Of a stretch of 60,947 bases of DNA, positions 36,830 through 49,960 are shown in pieces (position 1 is the first letter of the stretch; the number at the start of each line of letters is the position of its first letter). The stretch spans positions 25,267,163 to 25,328,109 of the forward strand of contig JAHRHZ010000056.1 of NCBI GenBank assembly GCA_024137785.1. Reading direction: 5' to 3'. Position numbers and translations under genes: made by a program. The notes under the pieces are model-generated. The model did no database searches. It saw nothing but the letters and a program-made list of their open reading frames with translations, and had not been told where the DNA came from. The stretch is from Ginglymostoma cirratum. Taxonomy: Eukaryota.

Positions 36830-38140
36830 ATCCTACATATTCTTGAGATGTGGGCATTACTGGCTTGGCCAGCATTTATTATCCATCCCTAGTTGCCCTG
36901 CAGAATATGGTGATCTGCCATCTTAGAGATATAGTCCATTTTGTGTAGGTACACCCACAATGCTATTAGACTGTTCATCACTGGAGAGAAAAGATGTGTG
37001 TTGATGTGGTGCCAATCAAGCGGGCTGCTTTGTCCTGGATGTTGTCAAGCTTCTTGAGTGTTCTTGCAGTTGTACTCATCCAGGTATGTGGGCAGTATTT
37101 TGTTGCACTCTTAACTGGTGCCTTGCAGATGGTGAATTAGCTTTTGAGGAAGTGAGTTACTTGCTCCAAGATTCCTAGCCTTTGACCTGTTTTTGTAGCC
37201 ACATTATTTATATGGCTGGGCCAGTTCAGTTCCTGATCGGTGGTAACCCTTGGGATTTTGGCTTAGGGGAATTCAGTACTGGTGATGCCATTAAATGTCA
37301 AGTGGTGATGTTTAGGTTCTCTCTTGTTAGAGATGATCATTGCCTGTCACCTCTGTGGTGTGAATGTTACATGCCATTTGTCAACCCAACCTGGATATTG
37401 CCCAGACCTTGCTGCATTTGGGCATGAACTTGTTCAGTATCTGAGGAGTTGTGAATGGTGCTGAATATTATGCAGTTATCAGTAAACATCTCCTCACTTG
37501 ACCTTATGATAGAGGGAAGGTCATTGATGAAGCAGCTAAAGATTGCTGGGCCAAGGACACTACCCTGAGGAGCTCCTGTAGTAATGTCCTGGAATTGAAA
37601 TGACTGATTTCCAACAAGCATGACCATCTTTCTTTGTGCCAAGTGTGACTCCAGCCATCGGAGAGTTTTCCCTGATTTCCATTGACTCCAATTTAGCTAG
37701 GTCTCCTTGATTCCACGCTCTGCCTTTATGTTCAAGACAGTCACTCAATGAGGTCACGAGCTCCGAGATCCTGGCAGAATTCAAACTTGGCGTCAGTGAG
37801 CAGATTATTCCTAAGCAAGTGCTGCTAGATAGCATTGTTGATGACACCTTTCATCACTTTCCTGACGATCAAGAGTAGACTGGTGGGTTGGGTTAGTATT
37901 TGGCTGTGTTAGATCTGTTCTCCTTTTTCTGAATATATCTGGCATCTACCCAACAATATGGAAAATTGCCCAGTGTTATAGCTATACTGGGACTGCTTGG
38001 CTAGGGGTGTGGCAAATTCTGGAGTGTTTTAGATTTATTGCTATTGCTGGAATATTGTTAGCGCTCAAAGTTTTTACAGTGTCCAGTGTCTCCAACCATC
38101 TTTTGATATTGTGTGAAGTGAATCAAATTGGCTGGAGATC
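36830..38140 (-). mobile_element. RTE-X/CR1-group-like LINE (RT domain to 3' end)
   Basis: ORF 37367-37642 (GAPQGSVLGPAIFSCFINDLP..MFTDNC) covers RT domains 4-5. Confidence 0.85.
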
Positions 38141-39739
38141 ACATCTTGCAGCTTAAAGTTTGGCTGCTTTGAGGACCATCAGTAGTAACAAACTTGTAAT
38201 CTACCACCATCTATATCCACATAGTGCATTTCCTCATTCTGGTTAGTATTAATCAGGTAGATTAAATCTGTTCAATGAGCAGTGTGGGGGAGCATATCAG
38301 GAGCACTTCCAAGCATGACATCAAATTAGAGAACCTCCTGCTGAAGCAACATCACAGGGCAGTGTGCATGCTGAACTGCAGAGAACTATGTTTAAGATAG
38401 AGTTAAATCCACAATCAATGGATCAAATCAAAGCTGTGGAGTCTTGCTGTATGCCATTGTGATTGATGAACAATTAAACAACAAACAGGTGGATGAGGCT
38501 TCACAAATGTTCCCATCTTTGAAAGTGGTGAGACCCAACAGGTGCTGAAGCATTTGGAACTGCCTTCTGCTTCCATCAACCAAATAGATGAGTGCCTGAT
38601 ATTTCCTTTGTAAATGCTAGAATGCAAATTTGAGGAAATGAGGAACTAGTTATACTGTGTATTCTGGCCTTTCATTTCAGACTTGTTCATTAGGGTCCTC
38701 GTCTCTTTGACAACCCTATTTGGGTTTCATATTTCTCAGTCATAAAAGGTTAGAGTCATTTGGTGCATTGTGATACTTTGCTGTTGTTACAACTTTAGCG
38801 TTCATTTTCCCAGGAAAAAAAATCAGCCTTAATAAAAGTTAGTTAAGACCATTTAACATTTACCCTGATCTGAAAGCTGCAGAATTGCTGGAAACTAATA
38901 TGTTGCTGCCCTTTAAATGCAATGTTGTGCAGCAAAGCTAATATGAATCATGCAAATAAAATTTATTGCCAGGCAACATAGGCTTATCTCTATGCAGTAA
39001 TGTGTGGGATGTTGTCACAGGATTAATTTGTCATCATGTCCTGGAGCAGGAGAAGCATGAAGACAGAATTTTATGGAAATCTCAAATTGTCAGGTATGTG
39101 TGACATTAAAAACAAATGGATTTGATGTTCTACTTTGGAAAAGGCAAGGACTTCATTAAACAAGAGAAATTTAATTTTGGTAAAAGTATTAGTATTATCA
39201 AAGCTCAGCTCTCCCAACTGTTGCTATAATGTAAACTAATTGTTAATCAAATTATTTTCTTGTGTCAAAGAAATGTTAATGTGTAATTTGATTCAGCTTA
39301 AAGTAACTAATAATAATATCCTATCCAGTTCAACTTCTGAAGCAAGATTTTATTCAATGAGAATTTCAATTATTTGCATTAGCACTCTTTGCAAGTTAAA
39401 TTGTTTCAGATGTGACTGAGTTTGACTGGTAGTTTAATCACTAAAAAATTAAAGCAGTTATCTTGATTTTTATTTGTGAGCTGCTATTTAATATGTGCAG
39501 TAAGCTTGAATCAAGGTCAAGTATGTCCATGCCAATCTCTCAAGCAAATTCCTGACTCCAGTAAAGTGCCCTGAGTCTTCGGGTTTTTGTCTTGTGGATG
39601 TAGAACCTTGAACTGTGGCAAGTTAAGGACTTTCACTCCCCCATGCCAACTCGTGCTCCCTCTCACATCCCATGGCCTTTCAATGCAATATACACCTACC
39701 CACCCTCTAAAGTCCAATGCCAATGTTGTGCCAACTGAT

Positions 39740-39970
39740 AGAATTAGGAGTAAGCTGCTCAGTTTGTTGCACTTGTTCTGCCATTCAGTTAGATTATGGT
39801 TCATCATTTACCTCAATGCAACTTTCCCAAACTATCTTTATCACTTGATGCCATCAATTTCTCAAAATGTAGCAATTTCTGCCTTGATCATGCTTGAATT
39901 TTCATAGCCCTCTGGGGTAGAGCATTCCAAAGAACCCACCACCCTTTTAAATAAAGAAATTACTCTTCAT
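39740..39970 (-). mobile_element. CR1 3' end fragment
   Basis: CCCTCTGGGGTAGAGCATTCCAAAGA and CR1 3' UTR remnant. Confidence 0.65.
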
Positions 39971-41429
39971 GTTGGACATTGGATACTAGCACACAAGCAG
40001 CTCTACACCTTCTCCAACACCAAAGAAAATTAAAGATGATTTAATTTTATATAATTTTGGTGGATAGGGGAAATTGCAGTATGATTGTGTTTTGTGCAAG
40101 TCTCATAGGAACTTTAAGCATTGTACCTCTATGCAAAATTCGAATAAGATGCGCTTACTAAAGAAAAGGGAAAGGGAAGGGATCTGCTTGGAAATCTATT
40201 TTTGTTTTCAAATCACATAGAAGCCCTTTTAGGCATAGAGGGACACAATAGAATGGTTGTAGTTACGTAGGCTTCAGTGACACTTGGGCTCCAGCATTCA
40301 TCCATATTGAAACTTTGAGTGGTTTGCTGAATCACATTTATGTCTTGTCTGTATGGAATTGCCATGTATTGTTGGATTCTATAGTTTATGTAGCTTTGGA
40401 AAGATGCTATCATCCTTGTTTATTAATTTAAAGCTTATCCTGGATGTAATTCAAGCTGACCTCATCTGGGCTATGCTTGACCTCTTCCTTGCGAACACAA
40501 GGTACCAAGATTCTGAAAGTACAGCGTGTGAAGTTTATTTGAAAGAGTGCGTTGGAGACAACTGTTGTATATTGTAGTATGTGCAGTTAAACTTGGCCTA
40601 TATTCCAACCTGAATCTTAGTGCAATTGTCTTTGCGCCTTCTCTAAGGCATGGTTAAAGTTTTAGATGTTTAAAACAAAATCTAAGATAACATAGTGAAT
40701 GAACACAGCTTGTGCCATTTAAAGAACAAGATATCTGTCAAGAATGTTACCTTGACTGGGAGTTCATGAGAACAAACAATTTGCTCTGTATTAATGCTGT
40801 TCTAATTTTCAGAGTTTGGGCAATAGTAACTGATTTGTAAGATCATTTTTTAAAAAAAAAAATGTCAAATACTAATCTTCTGTGAAAACAAGACTTTGGT
40901 ACATCCTGCATTGATTCCAAATGTTTTGAAATTTATCCTCTAGAGTTTGTTCAAATTATTAGTTAGTATTTTTAAGAAGAAACAGTTAGATGTTGAAGAA
41001 ATAGGCTCATAATGCTTACAGAATAGACAAACTGCACGTACTCTGCACGTTCAAATTTCAGTTCAAAGTCACAGCTCTAGGCAAAAACATTAAACATTGT
41101 CACACACCTGTGGGTGTGGTTTAGGCCTCCAAATGCGTTCAATAAAATTTGTATTTGAAATGAATTCAGAATTGGACAATGCATTGATGGAGATATTACT
41201 CTTGTGTCCATAAGACAGAACTTACCATAAATTCACATGGGTTGTGATCAGCAGATTAGCTCAGCGAAATGAATTTTGTGCATCCAAGAAAGTTCACCGC
41301 TGCATTATGTCTGACAATCAACAAGGGGTCAGGCTAAATGGGCCGAATTTAGTGATCATTCTAATGGTGAGTGAGGATCCATTTAAAAGTGGTCGGAATT
41401 TATTCAAATTCAACATTGTTTGAAAGGCA

Positions 41430-42860
41430 GCAATGTGAAACAGCTTAGAGATCTTCAATGGGATGGAATTTAATAACATGACCATCACTGAACTGTCAGA
41501 GGTCTGGGGTTTATCACTGGTCCAGACTGATTTCTGGTCAACCATATAAATACTGGATTCCCCCTCTCTGATATTGTCGGTCTCCCTAAATCAACTGACA
41601 GCAGCGGTTCTAGAAAACAGCTCACCACCACCCACTTAAGGACATTAAATGCTGCTCCAGCCAGTGATGCTGATATCCTATGAATACATTTTACAAAACA
41701 TGAGACGTAAGGGGTAGAACAATAGAATATCAGTGGGAAGTGTTGATAGAAAGCATTTAACAAGATACAGACCAATTCATTTCCTTGAGCAGGTTATTGT
41801 TAAGTGAGTATTGTTTGATAGTATTGTTGATGACACCTTTCTTCAAATTGCTCTAATTTGGAGGAGACTAATTGGTTTGGTCGGATTTATCCTGCTATTT
41901 GGGGACGGGACATTCTTGAGCAATTCTTTACGCTGCCAGATTGTCAACATTCTAATTGTATTCGAACAGCCTGACAAGGGTGTGACCAGTTCTGGAGCCC
42001 AAGTCTTCAGTACTCACTGGAGCCAAAATATTTACTCTGTTTTTCTCCTCAAATGCTGTGAAACCTGCTGAGTTTCTCCAGAATTTTCAGTTTTTCTTTG
42101 GTACTGGAATGCTAGAATGACGTTAGGGCCCATAGCCTTTTGCAGTATCCCATGCATTCAGCTGTTTTGAGATATCTTATGGAGTAAGTTGACTGAAGAC
42201 TTTCATCTGTGACGCTGGGGACCTCTGGAGGAGGCCAAGATGGATTGTCCACTTGGCCTTTCCGGTGGAAGATTGTTTCAAATGCTTGAGGCTTGTCTTT
42301 TGTACTGATGTGCTGGACTCTCCCATCATTAAGAATGATGCCCAGAACATAAGAATGTTCTGAGAAAGGGTCACTGGACCTGAAACTCTGGATTCTCGCC
42401 ACGGATGCTAGCAGACCCATTGAACTTCTCCAGCAATTTCTGTTTCTGTCTCTGATTTACAGCATCCGTGGTTCTTTTGGTTTTTTTTTTTAAGAATGGG
42501 GATATTCGTGGGGCCATCTCCTTCAATGAGCTTTATTTCTCAGTCATTCACGGCTGAATAAGATAGAACTCGAGAGCTTAGATCTGATCACTTGAATATA
42601 GGGTAACTTAGTTCTGTCTCTTGCATGATCCTTATGCTGCTTGGCATGCAAGTATTTGGGTGTTATAGCTTCACCAGGTTGATCCTTCATTTTTAAGCAT
42701 CCCAGATGCTGAAACTAGATGTTGAATCTGGGTTGATGCCCTAGGTTGGTGGAATGGTAATGTGGAGGGCACACTTGAGCCTTACTGATAGTGGTTGAAT
42801 GGTTGAATAAAATATTGCTGGTTTTGATAGACCACAGTACCTCATGGACGCCCTGTTGTT
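41430..42860. mobile_element. RTE-X-like LINE fragments (41430-41700 plus; 41780-42860 minus)
   Basis: 3' tail GCCAGTGATGC..ATCCTATGAAT at 41660-41690. Minus-strand linker region ILNDGRVQHISTKDKPQAF. Confidence 0.65.
42338..42489 (+). mobile_element. PLE-derived mini-element family B nested in a LINE, 9-bp TSD
   Basis: TTAAGAATG at 42329-42337 and 42490-42498. Degenerate hammerhead GTTCTGAGAAAGGGTCACTGGACCTGAAAC. Confidence 0.7.
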
Positions 42861-42899
42861 AAGGAAATCCCTGGGTAGAAGGGCTTACCTTCTGAAGAA

Positions 42900-44230
42900 A
42901 GGTTGAATGGATTTGATTTCATCCCATTGGATGTGAGAAGAGTGAGTTGATCTTATTGAAACATATGAAATCCTGTGGGGTCTTATAAGGATGGATAGAA
43001 AGCGGGGAATTTGTTTTTTCTTCTGGGGGAGACAAAGACTTGGTGAAAGTTTGAGAATCTGAGTTCTCTATGTAAAGTCTGAGCTGAAGAAAAACTTTTC
43101 TTCCTTCAAGGGTGGGTGTTAGTTTATGAAAGATAGGATAATATAATTTATTGAAGACTGAGTTTGCTTTTTGATACGTGAAAGATTTGAGCCTTGTGGA
43201 GGCCAGGCAGGAAAATGGAGTTGAAATCACGTTATCTTGGTCCTCCTGCTCCTAAGTCCTATGTTGCTGTGGACAGAGATGTTGGTATTATTAAATGAAT
43301 GTACAAAATTATGGCAAATAGATTTCAGTGTAGACACAGGTGTGGTTGTCCACTTTGGACTCAAACAATCAAACAGAGTACTTTGTAAATTGTGACAAGT
43401 TGGAAATAACAGATACTAAAAGTCGTTTCTTCTATAAAGCCTGGCACTCCATTAAATATTTAGAATATTTCCTATATATGTATTCTTGTAAGTAAACCAT
43501 TAGAATCTCGTAGACAGGAGGGGGAAATATTCCAAAAGCCTTAATAGAAAACTAGTGTGCAAGGGGTGGAGATTTATTCTTCAGCTATACAAAGCCCTGA
43601 TTCACCTACACCTTGAGTACAATGAGCAGTTCTGGGCATCGACCTTTGAAAGGATATATTGATACTGGAGGATGAGTATTTTGTTCAAGAGTTGACCTCT
43701 GAGGTGAGAGACGCAAACTAGTGCTGTGTTCCCTTGAATTTACAAATTTAACATCTGATTTGATTGCTTTTAAGCTATTAAAGGGAACAAAAAGTTGTCT
43801 TGTGGCACAGTGGTAATGTCCCTCCTTCCGGATCCAAGAGGCCCAGAATCAAGTCCCACCTGCTCCAAAAATGTGTAATAACATCTCTGAACAGGTTAAT
43901 TAGGCAAAATAGGTTAAGTTTAAAACAAAACCAAATTTCTACTTTTGGAGGAGAATGTAGGAATGTAAGGAGCAGGGTGAGAAAAATAGCTGATTTTCAG
44001 GAGTGAAACAAGGAAGCACTTCTGCAAAGTGTAGCAAATGTATGGATTACTCTTATGTAAATTGCAATAGATGTCAGTTCACTTGTTAATTTAAAATTCA
44101 CGTAGGATCAACAAAAATCAATCTGTTAAGTGTTCTGGGCCAGAGGTGTTTATGTGGAATTGAGTCACAAATCAAGAAGATCTTATTGAGTGGTAGAGTA
44201 CAATCAACAGGATAAAGGGAGCTACTGCTC
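42900..44230 (+). mobile_element. Two CR1 3' fragments (42900-43270; 43300-44230), the second with a tRNA-like SINE inserted at 43795-43910
   Basis: Remnants DLIETYEIL and LQLYKAL..LEY.EQFWA. Confidence 0.75.
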
Positions 44231-46061
44231 CTATATCGCTTAGTTCTACTGTTTACATTCTGTATGCTACTTAGCATAAAAAATGTTAACCTCTAATTTA
44301 GTGTGTATATTGCCATGAGAATCTGTAGATATATGTAAACCAAATTAACACGTATTTAACAGGTTAAATTCTATATCTAATTTGTGATGGAAGTGAAAAT
44401 CTTTTCTGTCTTTGTTTTGCTATATTTAGTTTTCCGACTGAATAAGCAACACAGTCAGCTCTTATATTGTTGCCATTCTAATTCTTTAATTGGCTACCAG
44501 GTCAATTAATAATGGAAGATGAAGTTCCTTTATTTTCATAGCAAGGATGAAGGTCCCATTGCACATCATTGCACTCAGGCAGCATAGATCAAAATTTTAT
44601 AAGAATTTACATTACGTCTTGAAAGGAAATCACCATTACAACAGACTTGATCTCAATATTTATATGAACTGAAAATAACCTTTTATATAGGATCTTTGAT
44701 TCCCGAAAGCCTTTTAAGTCAAATAGATGTTTTTCCCTGCTTGCTTTGGAGTAGTTTGTTGCTTATAATATTCTAATGTGTGGGCTTCTAGTTCTGTGGA
44801 AATTTTCTGGATGGTTTAACTGAGAAAAATTACTTTTGTAAGCTGATTCTTCGCAGCTCTAAGTGCTCCCATACTGCTTGACATGCAGTGAGTTACTTTG
44901 AAATTGAAGTCAGTGTTGATGAAAGGGAAATGCAGTCTCCGTTTTTGCACACAGCAAGATTCCACGAGCTGTCATGAGATTCATAATGAGTTCACAATTT
45001 GTCTGGTGGAGTTGGCCTCCCTTACTGCTTTTAGCTACATTATCGTCTTACCCAACAGTTGCCATTTGACCTACCACTCTCCGCTGAAGAATTTCACTTG
45101 CTTGGATGAGTGCAGCTCCAACAGCACTCAAGAAGCTCACTTGCAACCACCCAGCGCATAGCAACTGGCTTGACCAGCACCTTAGCTGCTACCTTATGCA
45201 GGCTACGTTTTCTTGACTGGTAAAGTGTTATTTAATATGATCAGTAAAGTTGCATGCATCCATAGCAATTGCTGATGTATGTTTTAATTCATAGCAAGTG
45301 CCATCAACTTCTGTAATTTTCTGATGCACCCTCCTCTGTGTCACCTGAAGATCCTATACACTGAAATGTTTAGTTGCCAGTCCTGTCTCTCCCTCAACTA
45401 TCTCTCTGTGATGGCAACAGTATGTGTCATTCTATGTGTCAATTTACATACTTAACTTCTCTGTCTTGCCTATAATACTCTGACATTAGAGGCTATCCAG
45501 CTTTGCCTTACCCCGTCAATCCCAACAAGACTGAATTTTCTTTGTCTTGTTTCCCTTACTATATTATCCTGTGCCTCCTTCCCATGCCAAGTGAATTTAA
45601 ACTACCCCCAGCAGCACAGTCAAACCTACCTTGAGAGTGTTGATCCTATTTTTGGGTCTAAACGTGCATGATTTTGCATTTTAAACAAAAGGCTCGTGTT
45701 ATGGAAAGGTGACCTCAATCAGGGCTTTGTTACCATTAAACGTGACAATCCTAACACATCTGGTCAGCTTTCTACCTCATCTTTTTGTAAACTTGAGCTC
45801 ATATAAAACTCTTATGCCGATCTCCTAACTTGTGCTGAATTCTGGTCACTCAGTGCCCCTGTGCTTGCTGACCTGCATGGTTAAGCATTGCTTCATCCTT
45901 GTTTTCAAATACTTCTGTGACCTTGCCTTTCCCTACCTCTCTAATCTCCTCTTGCCATAAAATACTTCAAGTTTTCTCTGCTCCCCCAGTTCTGGCCTCT
46001 ACTCAACTAAGTATCATTTATTGCATCATTGGTAGCTGTGCTTTCAGCAGCTGTGGCTATT

Positions 46062-46727
46062 GAGTCGAGTTATTGCGTAGATTTGTAGCTCGGGTTGTGG
46101 ATGCTGTAATTGGTTCGTTGGTTCATTAGTTCACAGACGTTTCATTACCCTGCTGGGTAACATCATCAGTGCAGCCTCCGATGAAGCGCTGTTGTGTTTT
46201 CCTGCCTGGTATTTAAACTCCTGGGATTGGTTGGAATTGGTTACCTCATTTCTGGTTTTTCTTCACAGTGGTGTGTATATATAGGGTCTAATTCTATGTG
46301 TTTATTGATGGTCTTCTTGGTGGAGAACTAAGTCTCTCTAGAAATTCCTGTGCTTGTCTGTTTGGCCTGTCCTAGGATCCTTTGTTGTCCCAATTGAACT
46401 GGTGGTTCTCATCCATGTGAACAGACACGAGTGAGTAGTGGGCATGTCTTTTTGTTGCTAGTTGGTATTCATGTATTCTTGTGGCTAGCTTCCTTCCTGT
46501 CAGTCCAATGTAATGCTTTTTTTTTGGACGTTGGTCCCTATATATACACCACTGCAAAGAAAAATCAGAAATGAGGTAACCAATTCCAACGGACCCAGAA
46601 TTTAAATGCCAGGCAGGAAAACACAACAGCGCTTCATTGGAGACTGCACTGATGATGTCACCCAGCAGGTTAATGAAATATCTGCGAACTAACAAACCAG
46701 CTTGGCAAGTGAACGAACCACAGTACC
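46062..46727 (-). mobile_element. Penelope-like element (family D) with inverted pLTRs and GIY-YIG fragment
   Basis: ORF 46372-46695 contains HYIGLTGRKLATRIHEY..HQFNWDN. Inverted repeats ~46100-46283 and ~46538-46725. Confidence 0.85.
46132..46173 (-). ncRNA. Minimal hammerhead ribozyme motif (family D)
   Basis: TGCA-CTGATGA-T-GTTACCC/AGCA/GGGTAAT-GAAA-CG-TC-TGTG. Sister copy on the plus strand at 46645-46686. Confidence 0.7.
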
Positions 46728-46969
46728 AAGTCTAGAATTTTCTCCTTAACCTTTCCACCTTCTTTCCTCCTATGAGATGTTCTTTCAAGCCTATCTGTCG
46801 CAGAACTGCTTGCACATAATTGTAGTGAAATTTACTGACCTACCTGTAAATTATCATGTCTGATTTTGAGTGCTGACAGAATTTAAATCGTATAATCATA
46901 AAAAAAGTTAATCATGTTAAAAGTTAAATGAAGAGTCATTAGTCAATGGAAATCCTGATCTGAGAAATG

Positions 46970-49960
46970 GTTTCTGCTATCGTTGCTTCTGTAGCATATC
47001 TCCATCTGGGCTGCAGAGGAACTTCAAGTGGGAGTCCATGTAGATACCAATAATATAAATAGAATGAAGAAAAGGTTCTGCTAATGGAATATGAGCAGCT
47101 GGGGCTAAATCGAAAAGCAAAAACAAAAAGATGATAATCTTCAGATTACTACCTGAGCAATGAGTAAATGGGCACAGTTTTAAAGAGATGAATGTGTGTC
47201 TCAAAGATTGGTGTGAGAGAAATGGGTTTGAATTCATGGGACATTGGGACTGACTAGTACTGGGGAAGAAGGGAGCTGTTCTAGTGGGATGAGCTGCGCC
47301 TGAAACATTCTGGAACAAGAGTTCTGGCAAATTTCCCGACTAGGGATGGGGATAGGACTTGAAACTGGGGGCAGGTATGTTCAGTTTCATGGAAAATTGG
47401 TAGATCAAAAGCAAAAGAGCAATTAGGATTACATGTTGATGATAGGGTTGATTGTTAGTAGAAAATAAAAGAAAGGGACAGAATGTGTGAAAGTTATATT
47501 GCACCAAGGGACCATAGACATGTAGCAAAATTTGATAACAGGGCAAACTTAGGGCTTTGTACCTTTAATGCGTGAGGAATTCTGAATCGGATAGAAGAAA
47601 TGACGGTGCAAATTGAGGTAAATTGGTATGATCACACACAGAAACATAGTTACAAGGAGATCAACATTGGAACCTAACATTCAGGGATGTTTGAACTTTT
47701 AGAAAGACAGAATGGATGGAAAAGGGTAGTACTGTTCATAAGAGTTGCTAAGAGAACCGTTGTAAGACTTGATCTATGTTCGAGTGATGTAGAATCCATT
47801 TGGTCAGAGGTTTCTTCCTTGAAGAAAAAAAGCAAGGGAAAGAAGAATTGGTAGGAGAAACATTAAGAGCCTAAACATTAGCCAGTCTGTGGGAAAGGCT
47901 ATAAATCAGCATATCAGAGCATATTAATTGGGTTAATCAAATTAGAAAGTGAAGCTATGACATTAAATTCATAGTGCATTAGGAATAGTTTCCTAGAACA
48001 ATATGTCATGGAACCAACCAGGAAACAGGCTATCTTGGATCTGATAATTGGTAATGAGGCAGGCTAATAAATGATCTGAGAGAAAAAATCCCCGAGGATG
48101 TGGGAAGCTAAAGAATTGATTGCTGGGCCCTTGCTAAGATATCTGTATCATCGATAGCCACGGGAGGAGTGCAGGAAGATTGGAGTTTGGCTAACGTGGT
48201 GCAATTATATAAGAAAGGCGATAAGGAAAAGCCAAGGAATGATAGACCAGTGAGCCTGACATCGGTGCTGAGCAAGTTGTTGGAGGGGATTCTGAGGGGT
48301 AGGATTCACATGTATTTGGAAAGGCAGTGACTGATTAGGAATAGTCAACATGGCTTTGTGTGTGGGAAATCCTGTGTCACTAACTTGATTGAGTTTCTTG
48401 AGGAAGTGACGAAGAGGATTGATTAAGGCAGAATGGTGGACGTTGTCTGTATGGACTTCAGTAAGGCATTTGAAGGCCGATTAGCCTAATATGTATTGTC
48501 GGAAAAGTATTGGAATCAATTGTTAAGGAAGTAATACCAGGACATTTGGAAAGTCACAGTTGAGTCAGAATGACTTCATGAAAGGGAAATCATGTCTGAC
48601 TAAATTTTATTTTTGTTTTTTGAGAAAGTGTTAACCAGAATGGATAGAGCAGAACCAGTAGATGAGTTATATATGAACTTCAAAAAGGCATTCGATAATA
48701 TTCCTCGCTAAAGGTTACATCATAAGATAAGAGCCTACAATGTTGGAGGTCGTATATTAATTTGTAAAGAGAATTGGCTCATTGGGAGGTAACAGAGAGT
48801 GGGGTTAAGGGACAACAGCGTGGAGCTGGAGGAACACAATTTTTATTTTCTGAAGAAGGGTTCCGACTCGAAACGTCAACTTTCCTGCTCCCCTGCTGCC
48901 TGCCGTGCTATGTTCCTCCAGCTCCACATTGTGTTTTCTCTAACTCCAGCGTTGGCAGTTCTTACTATCTCATGGGGATAAGGGACTCCTTCTCATATGC
49001 CAATGTGGTTTCACAGGGATCAGTGCAAGGTGAGCGACTGTTTACAATGTATATTAATGACTTTGAGAAAGACAAATGTAGCCAGATTTGTAGATAACAC
49101 TAAAATGGGTGGAAAGTCAGGTTGTGAGAGACGTACAAACGGTTTACAAAGAGATATTGATAGGTTGAATAGTGGGCAAAAAGTTGCTAAGTAGGGTATG
49201 ATGTGGGAAAATGTGAAGTTCATTTTGGATGGCACAACAAAAAAATCAGTATTTAAATAGAGAACAACTGCAGAAAGCTGCAACTCACAGAGACTTGGTA
49301 TTTATACACAAAATACAGAAAGCAAGCACAGGTGCAGCAGGGAATCAGAGAGGCTAATAGAATATTGGCCCCTTTTTCAAGGGGCTTGGAGTATAATAGT
49401 AAGGAAGTTTTACAGAAACTGTACAAGGTTCTAGTGAGATCATATCTGGAGTAGTGTGAGCAGTTTTGGTCCCCTTATTTAAGAAACAATGTTATTTGTT
49501 GGAGGCAGTTCAAAAAAGGTTCACTAGGATGATCCCTGGTGTGGAGGGATTGTCGAAGGTGAAATAGATTGGGACTCTACTCACTGGAGCTTAGAAGAAT
49601 GAGTGATAATCTTATTGAAACATACAGGATTCTTAAGGGGTGTGACAGGTTAAATGCTGAAGTGTTTCCCCTCATGGGAGAATCAAGGACCAAAGGGCAT
49701 AGCCTTAATAAAGGGAAACTAATTTTTAAGTCCCAGATGAGGACAAATACGTGCTTGCTTGCTACGGAAGGCTGTGGGGGCACAGTCCTTGGGGGGCATT
49801 TTAAGGCTGACATGGATTCCTGATTTGTAGTGAAATGAAATGTTACAGGAAAATGTGGGAAATAGGGTATGTGGAATGTCGGATCAGCCATTATCCTGTT
49901 GAATGGTGGCGCAGGTTCAAGGGGTGGAAGAACCAATTCGTGATTCTATTTCTTATGGTT
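46970..49960 (+). mobile_element. Near full-span degraded CR1 (ORF1 SGNH esterase, ORF2 APE + RT, 3' UTR)
   Basis: MNVCLKDWCERNGFEFMGHWD (esterase-type ORF1), LY.NA (APE start), NFKKAFD, FVDNTKMGG, GLYSLELRRM. Confidence 0.85.
48814..48972 (+). mobile_element. Partial fold-back PLE family A insertion in CR1 RT, 14-bp TSD; intact-core hammerhead at 48846-48881
   Basis: TGGGG(T/A)TAAGGGAC at 48800-48813 / 48973-48986. CTGAAGA-A-GGGT/TCCG/ACTC-GAAACGTC. Confidence 0.8.

Larger units (their letters stand above)
45810..46800 (+). mobile_element. L2-like 3' end split by the PLE at 46062-46727
   Basis: Sequence before 46060 and after 46727 joins into an L2-type tail. Confidence 0.5.
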
